A stretch of 64,000 nt of DNA, from the IMG/VR virus record IMGVR_UViG_3300032007_000073, positions 8,402 to 72,401 of that record. The stretch is one strand, 5' to 3'. The stretch is from a virus (lineage: Duplodnaviria; Caudoviricetes). Positions 59,992 through 64,000 of the stretch are shown one piece after another (the first letter of the stretch is position 1; every line of letters begins with the position of its first letter). Position numbers and translations under genes: made by a program. The notes beneath the pieces were generated by a model. That model did not search any database and was not told the DNA's origin. It saw only the letters and a list, made by a program, of their open reading frames with translations.

Positions 59992-61230
59992 ATGGCTTTA
60001 GATAGAGTATATCAAAAGATTTTCGGTAAAAATGCAAATTTATCTGATTTAGGAGTGGTTGGTTCTCATAATAATAGTAACGACCAATATTCTAAGGATG
60101 TAGGAATATTACAAAGTTTAGCAAATTGGGAAACGGGTATGAGAGCAATTGTAACTTCTTCTGATGCTCCTTATCTTCAAGATCACAATTCTTTATTTTA
60201 TGTGATAACTTCTCAGTTAGCTTACTTGTTTCAAGCCGGTATAGCAGAGTGGAACTCTCAAACCGAATATTTTTCAAACAGAAGTATTGTTTTGAAAAAC
60301 GGAAAGATATATATAGCAATAACAGATAACACAAATATAGAGCCCGAAGTTACTGCCGGTTGGGCTACTTATTGGAAAACATTGAATAATTGGGGTTCTG
60401 TTATAGGAAATATATATAATCAAACAGATTTATGGAACATTCTATTAAAAGGAATGTCTTTTGATAGTGCCGTTTCTACTGCAATATCAGGATACCCAAA
60501 AGGAACAGTTCTTAAATTCTCTCAAGGATTAAATCATTATGATATAAAGGCATTGAAAAATTCTCCAAATGAGCCTGTTGAAGATGTTTTAGGCAACACA
60601 GGAAATATTTATTTCGCAAGAAAGATTGAACAGATGTATAGAATAGTAGCAACACAAGGCGATTTACCGACTCCAAGTGTAGATACACAAGGAAAATGGT
60701 GTTTCGTTACTTCCGAAAACTCGTTTTATATTGGAGGTGTTGACGGAGGAGGAAATTATAATTGGACTTCTATGGGAAACGACCTTTATGCTATAATTGG
60801 AGCAGATGTATTTACTTATGATAATATAACATTTTACAAACAAAATAGCAGTTATCAATGGGTAGATTTGGGATTATCTTACGATTGGTTATACTTCTCG
60901 CAAAGAGCAGTAATTAAAGAAGAAAAAATAACAGGTGTAAGATATAGATTATGGAGTAATGGTTGGATAGAACAATATGGAATACAAGTGTTTAATGACA
61001 CACAATATTCAACAAATTTTGATGTTGCTTTTGCAATAGAAATGGAAGATACAACTTACGATGAACATTATACTTGCGAAAGAGAAAGTAAATCAGGAGC
61101 GGTAAATTTCGGTGGTGGTATAAGATTAAAAACAACGACAGGAATGAATATACAAATATTAAGAGTCGGCTCGGATGATAGATGCAAATCTGTTTCTTGG
61201 AAAATAGAGGGATTTAAAGCATTAGCATAG
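59992..61230 (+). CDS. Proximal tail fibre protein
   Basis: 'LAYLFQAGIAEWNSQTEYF', 'GYPKG'; C-terminal 'YRLWSNGWIEQYG' gp53-like domain. Confidence 0.78.
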   Translation: MALDRVYQKIFGKNANLSDLGVVGSHNNSNDQYSKDVGILQSLANWETGMRAIVTSSDAPYLQDHNSLFYVITSQLAYLFQAGIAEWNSQTEYFSNRSIVLKNGKIYIAITDNTNIEPEVTAGWATYWKTLNNWGSVIGNIYNQTDLWNILLKGMSFDSAVSTAISGYPKGTVLKFSQGLNHYDIKALKNSPNEPVEDVLGNTGNIYFARKIEQMYRIVATQGDLPTPSVDTQGKWCFVTSENSFYIGGVDGGGNYNWTSMGNDLYAIIGADVFTYDNITFYKQNSSYQWVDLGLSYDWLYFSQRAVIKEEKITGVRYRLWSNGWIEQYGIQVFNDTQYSTNFDVAFAIEMEDTTYDEHYTCERESKSGAVNFGGGIRLKTTTGMNIQILRVGSDDRCKSVSWKIEGFKALA

Positions 61231-61240
61231 GAGGAAGAAA

Positions 61241-61516
61241 ATGGCGAACATTGGACAGTTTAAAGTAGGAAAAGTATGGAAAAAGTTGGACGAAGTAACG
61301 GGATATTCTTTTGTGGCAGATAGTTCTTATACTATCCAAAATAAAGGATATCAACCGTTATATCTTTGTATTAAAGCAGATGCTCCAACGACAGACAAAA
61401 TTGGTTTTATTATTCAACAAAACGAAAAGGTCGGTTATACTTGTGAAAGTGGCAATTTTCTTTGGATAAGGTCAGAGAAAAATGTTGCAGAATTTAATGT
61501 TGCAGAGGGGGTATAA
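61241..61516 (+). CDS. Small tail-fibre-associated protein
   Basis: 91 aa; positional counterpart of 14878-15168. Confidence 0.55.
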   Translation: MANIGQFKVGKVWKKLDEVTGYSFVADSSYTIQNKGYQPLYLCIKADAPTTDKIGFIIQQNEKVGYTCESGNFLWIRSEKNVAEFNVAEGV

Positions 61517-61518
61517 CT

Positions 61519-62517
61519 ATGCCTTTACATTTTGAAAATATGGGATTTGGTGGCTCAGGTGGTGGCGGAGGAACAACCGGCAAAATAAAAATATTAAATG
61601 TTGTTGAAAATGGAACTGTAACGAGAGAAGGCACAAAATATAGTGGTTTTGCAAACGATAAATATTTGCAAATAGGCAACAAAGTTGATGGAGATATAAT
61701 TGCATTATCTAATGAAATTAAAGATTTCGGTGCAATGATTACAACAGCAAATAGTTTTGAATGTGTTTTTTTATGCAATTATAAGACAAAAACAAAACAA
61801 TATTTATTCGGCGAAAGTGGCAGTTGGTCGTCAAAAATAGGAATAGAAAATGGAGATGTTGTTCTGCAACTTAATTTTGAGGGAGGTCAAAGTTTAGATT
61901 GGCTTATAATTGAAAGAGGAAGTTACACATTTACCGAAAATGCCGATTATTATTTTAAATTTGCTTTTGACGGAACTGCTTACACTTTATCAATCAAAGG
62001 GAAAAACGAAACGAGCTATACAATAGTAATAACAATTGCGGATAGCACAAAATTTTCTTCAGGCAGAGAGTGGATTATAGGTTATGTAGATACTCAAGAC
62101 ACGGATAACGAATGGGGAAGTTATATTGATATGGAAGGTTGCTCAATTAAATCTAACGGCGATTTTTGGTGGAAAGGTGTAGAAGAAATAAATGCGACAG
62201 GTGATATAGATTTGCCTTCGTATCTCAAGAAACCTACAATAGTAACAGACGGAGATGCGACAGGTTTGGCAGTAGAAGGAAATACGATATACAAGTTTGG
62301 AACTGCTTTGACTTCATTAACGATATCAAGTGTAGAAACAAGTGATTATGAAAGCATAATATATTTTACAACAGGAGCAGGAACGATAACATTGTCCGTT
62401 CCAAATACATTGAGATGGGGTGGTGGCTCTGCACCTGAACTTGAGAGCGATACCGTCTATTGTATCGCAATTCGTAACGGACTTGCAGAGATAGATAATT
62501 TTGGCAGTGCTTCATAA
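61519..62517 (+). CDS. Tail fibre/RBP with a lectin-like domain and the shared '...RNGLAEIDNFGSAS' C-terminal domain
   Basis: G-rich linker, one 'SGF...YL' beta domain, C-terminus homologous to 15182-15517. Confidence 0.65.
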   Translation: MPLHFENMGFGGSGGGGGTTGKIKILNVVENGTVTREGTKYSGFANDKYLQIGNKVDGDIIALSNEIKDFGAMITTANSFECVFLCNYKTKTKQYLFGESGSWSSKIGIENGDVVLQLNFEGGQSLDWLIIERGSYTFTENADYYFKFAFDGTAYTLSIKGKNETSYTIVITIADSTKFSSGREWIIGYVDTQDTDNEWGSYIDMEGCSIKSNGDFWWKGVEEINATGDIDLPSYLKKPTIVTDGDATGLAVEGNTIYKFGTALTSLTISSVETSDYESIIYFTTGAGTITLSVPNTLRWGGGSAPELESDTVYCIAIRNGLAEIDNFGSAS

Positions 62518-62529
62518 AGGGGGTGGCTT

Positions 62530-63618
62530 ATGTCAATGTTCTATGAACTTATGATGAAGAAAAAGACACAAGTAATGTATGCAACGATTAAGGGAACATT
62601 AACCGAAAATGACGGTGTTTTTAGTGGGTTTAGTAGTAGTAATTATTTGGCTTTGCAAGAAAATCTTACTTTTTCTCAGAAAACTGAAATAACTTTGTGT
62701 CTAACAATGCCAAGTTCTTCTTTGACACAAATAAATACATTTTTGATGTTTGGAACGAATTATATCTATATTGCTACAAATAGAAAAATATCTGCACAGT
62801 TAAGAAAAAGCGGAAGTAATCATTGGTTAGACGGAGCAACTGCTTTAACTTTGGGAGAAAAATATTGGATAAAGATTATAAATGATGTAGCCAATAATAC
62901 TTTTGAATTGCTAATATCAACTGATGGAATAAATTATACAAGAGAATTATACTCTGACACATACATATTATCCGAAGATTTGGGAACTTCTAATATTGGA
63001 GCAAGAACAACAACTTATTTCACAGGAAGTATAAGCCTACCCAATTCCTACATCAAGCTCGGCTCAACGAAATACAATCTCCAAGCAGTAGTAGGCTACA
63101 CGATAGTCGGCAGTCCTACGATTGTTGACGGTGTGGTTAGTGGGTTTAATAATTCAAACTACTTAAAAATTGATAATGCAATTATTTTATCTCAAGCAGA
63201 CGATTGGGAAATTAAAATCAAAATTGGCACAAATACAGGTTCTTATATTCTCGGCTCAAATTTACAAAACATAATAACTTGTAGTATAGGAACATCATCA
63301 TTGTATTTATCTTCTAATGGCTCATCTTGGGATATTGCAAGTGGTGTCGGTTTAAGTTCAAGAATACCTGAAAATAGTTATCTTAGATTAAGATTTACGG
63401 GAACACATTATATTTTGGATTATTCAACAGATAATGTTACTTGGACAACTTGTGCAGATGTAACTTCGTCAAGCAAATTGTCAAGTTCATTGTCTTATTT
63501 AAGAATTGGAAATTGGGGTGGTGGTGGAGACACAACTTTGTTTACAGGTACAATAGATTTAAAAGAAACATACATAAAAATCAACAACAAATTATGGTTT
63601 AACGGACAACAAGGATAA
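62530..63618 (+). CDS. Receptor-binding protein with two tandem lectin (ConA/LamG-like) repeats
   Basis: Starts MSMFYELMMKKK. Repeats 'GTLTENDGVFSGFSSSNYL' and 'GSPTIVDGVVSGFNNSNYL', each ending near 'FTG(S/T)I.L..(S/T)YIK'. Confidence 0.65.
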   Translation: MSMFYELMMKKKTQVMYATIKGTLTENDGVFSGFSSSNYLALQENLTFSQKTEITLCLTMPSSSLTQINTFLMFGTNYIYIATNRKISAQLRKSGSNHWLDGATALTLGEKYWIKIINDVANNTFELLISTDGINYTRELYSDTYILSEDLGTSNIGARTTTYFTGSISLPNSYIKLGSTKYNLQAVVGYTIVGSPTIVDGVVSGFNNSNYLKIDNAIILSQADDWEIKIKIGTNTGSYILGSNLQNIITCSIGTSSLYLSSNGSSWDIASGVGLSSRIPENSYLRLRFTGTHYILDYSTDNVTWTTCADVTSSSKLSSSLSYLRIGNWGGGGDTTLFTGTIDLKETYIKINNKLWFNGQQG

Positions 63619-63627
63619 GGGGGAAAT

Positions 63628-64000
63628 ATGTTTGGAAAACTTATAGACGGAAGATTAGTAGTTGCAGGAAGAATAGTAAAAGACGGAAACACAACGATAA
63701 CTAACCCAACGGAAGAAAAGTTAAAAGAGTTAGGTTATAAGACGATAGAATATACAGAAAAGCCGACATTTAACAAAGAAGAAGAAAAGTTAGTTGAAAG
63801 ATATACCGAGCAAGAAGATGTTATAGTTGTTGATTATGATATAGTAGCACTAACGACAGAAGAACACAATGCAATTATTCAAGCCGAAATTGTTGCAGAA
63901 GAAAACAAGATTACACCGAGAAATATTCGTAATGCAATTAAGGGAGATACTTTTGCACTTGATAAGATAACGGAAATTGAAAGCAATATTTATCAGTTAA
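63628..64000 (+). CDS. Tail fibre assembly/chaperone-like protein (3'-truncated), homologue of 16137-16544
   Basis: MFGKLIDGRLVVAGRIVKDGNTTITNPTEEKL...; patchy then complete identity to the first copy. Confidence 0.75.
   Translation, partial: MFGKLIDGRLVVAGRIVKDGNTTITNPTEEKLKELGYKTIEYTEKPTFNKEEEKLVERYTEQEDVIVVDYDIVALTTEEHNAIIQAEIVAEENKITPRNIRNAIKGDTFALDKITEIESNIYQL
63874..64000 (+). repeat. 127-bp exact direct repeat, copy 2
   Basis: Identical to 16380-16506 up to the window edge. Confidence 0.95.

Noticed and set aside
15482-64000. Repeat pairs near the RBP genes as a diversity-generating retroelement (TR/VR) or invertible shufflon
   Set aside because: No reverse transcriptase or invertase. 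Differences are not adenine-specific and include an indel. The repeats are direct and 47 kb apart.
1-64000. Stop-codon reassignment
   Set aside because: TAG, TGA and TAA all end genes at expected positions, and long genes are intact in code 11.
1-64000. Host assignment from G-rich RBSs and codon style
   Set aside because: The sequence supports only a diderm host (spanin-like pair, GT9) with a canonical parS; naming a taxon needs CRISPR-spacer or homology searches.

Overview
The window is entirely bacteriophage sequence (about 30% GC by eye, standard genetic code). It holds two different virion modules. (1) 1-16.5 kb, + strand: a podovirus-type arm with a T7/BPP-1-like portal C-terminus, Bbp19-like gene, tail adaptor, nozzle, three internal/ejection proteins (one is a 2511-aa polyvalent protein with ADP-ribosyltransferase-like and HExxH domains) and receptor-binding genes. 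(2) 16.4-64.0 kb: what reads as one complete, circularly permuted 47,494-bp myovirus genome. It contains a lysis cassette, a long leftward arm (glycosyltransferases, replication initiator with iterons, two DNA methyltransferases, RusA, RecT/RecE, ParB-like, amidoligase/GATase, hairpin-punctuated early genes, terminase) and a rightward head/contractile-tail operon. The last 127 bp of the window are identical to 16380-16506. The layout is therefore a lasso: either an assembly join of two co-occurring phages that share a tail-fibre-chaperone/lysis cassette, or a real composite. The most notable signals are two chromosomal-type parS sites hidden in coding sequence of an integrase-less phage; an array of early genes separated by a conserved stop-hairpin-RBS element, including a 4-codon 'empty' cassette; three promoter-defined structured RNAs; a homology-flanked receptor-binding cassette shared between podo- and myovirus; and near-total GATC avoidance confined to the myovirus part. 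Product calls rest on motif recognition and synteny by eye; no database searches were run.
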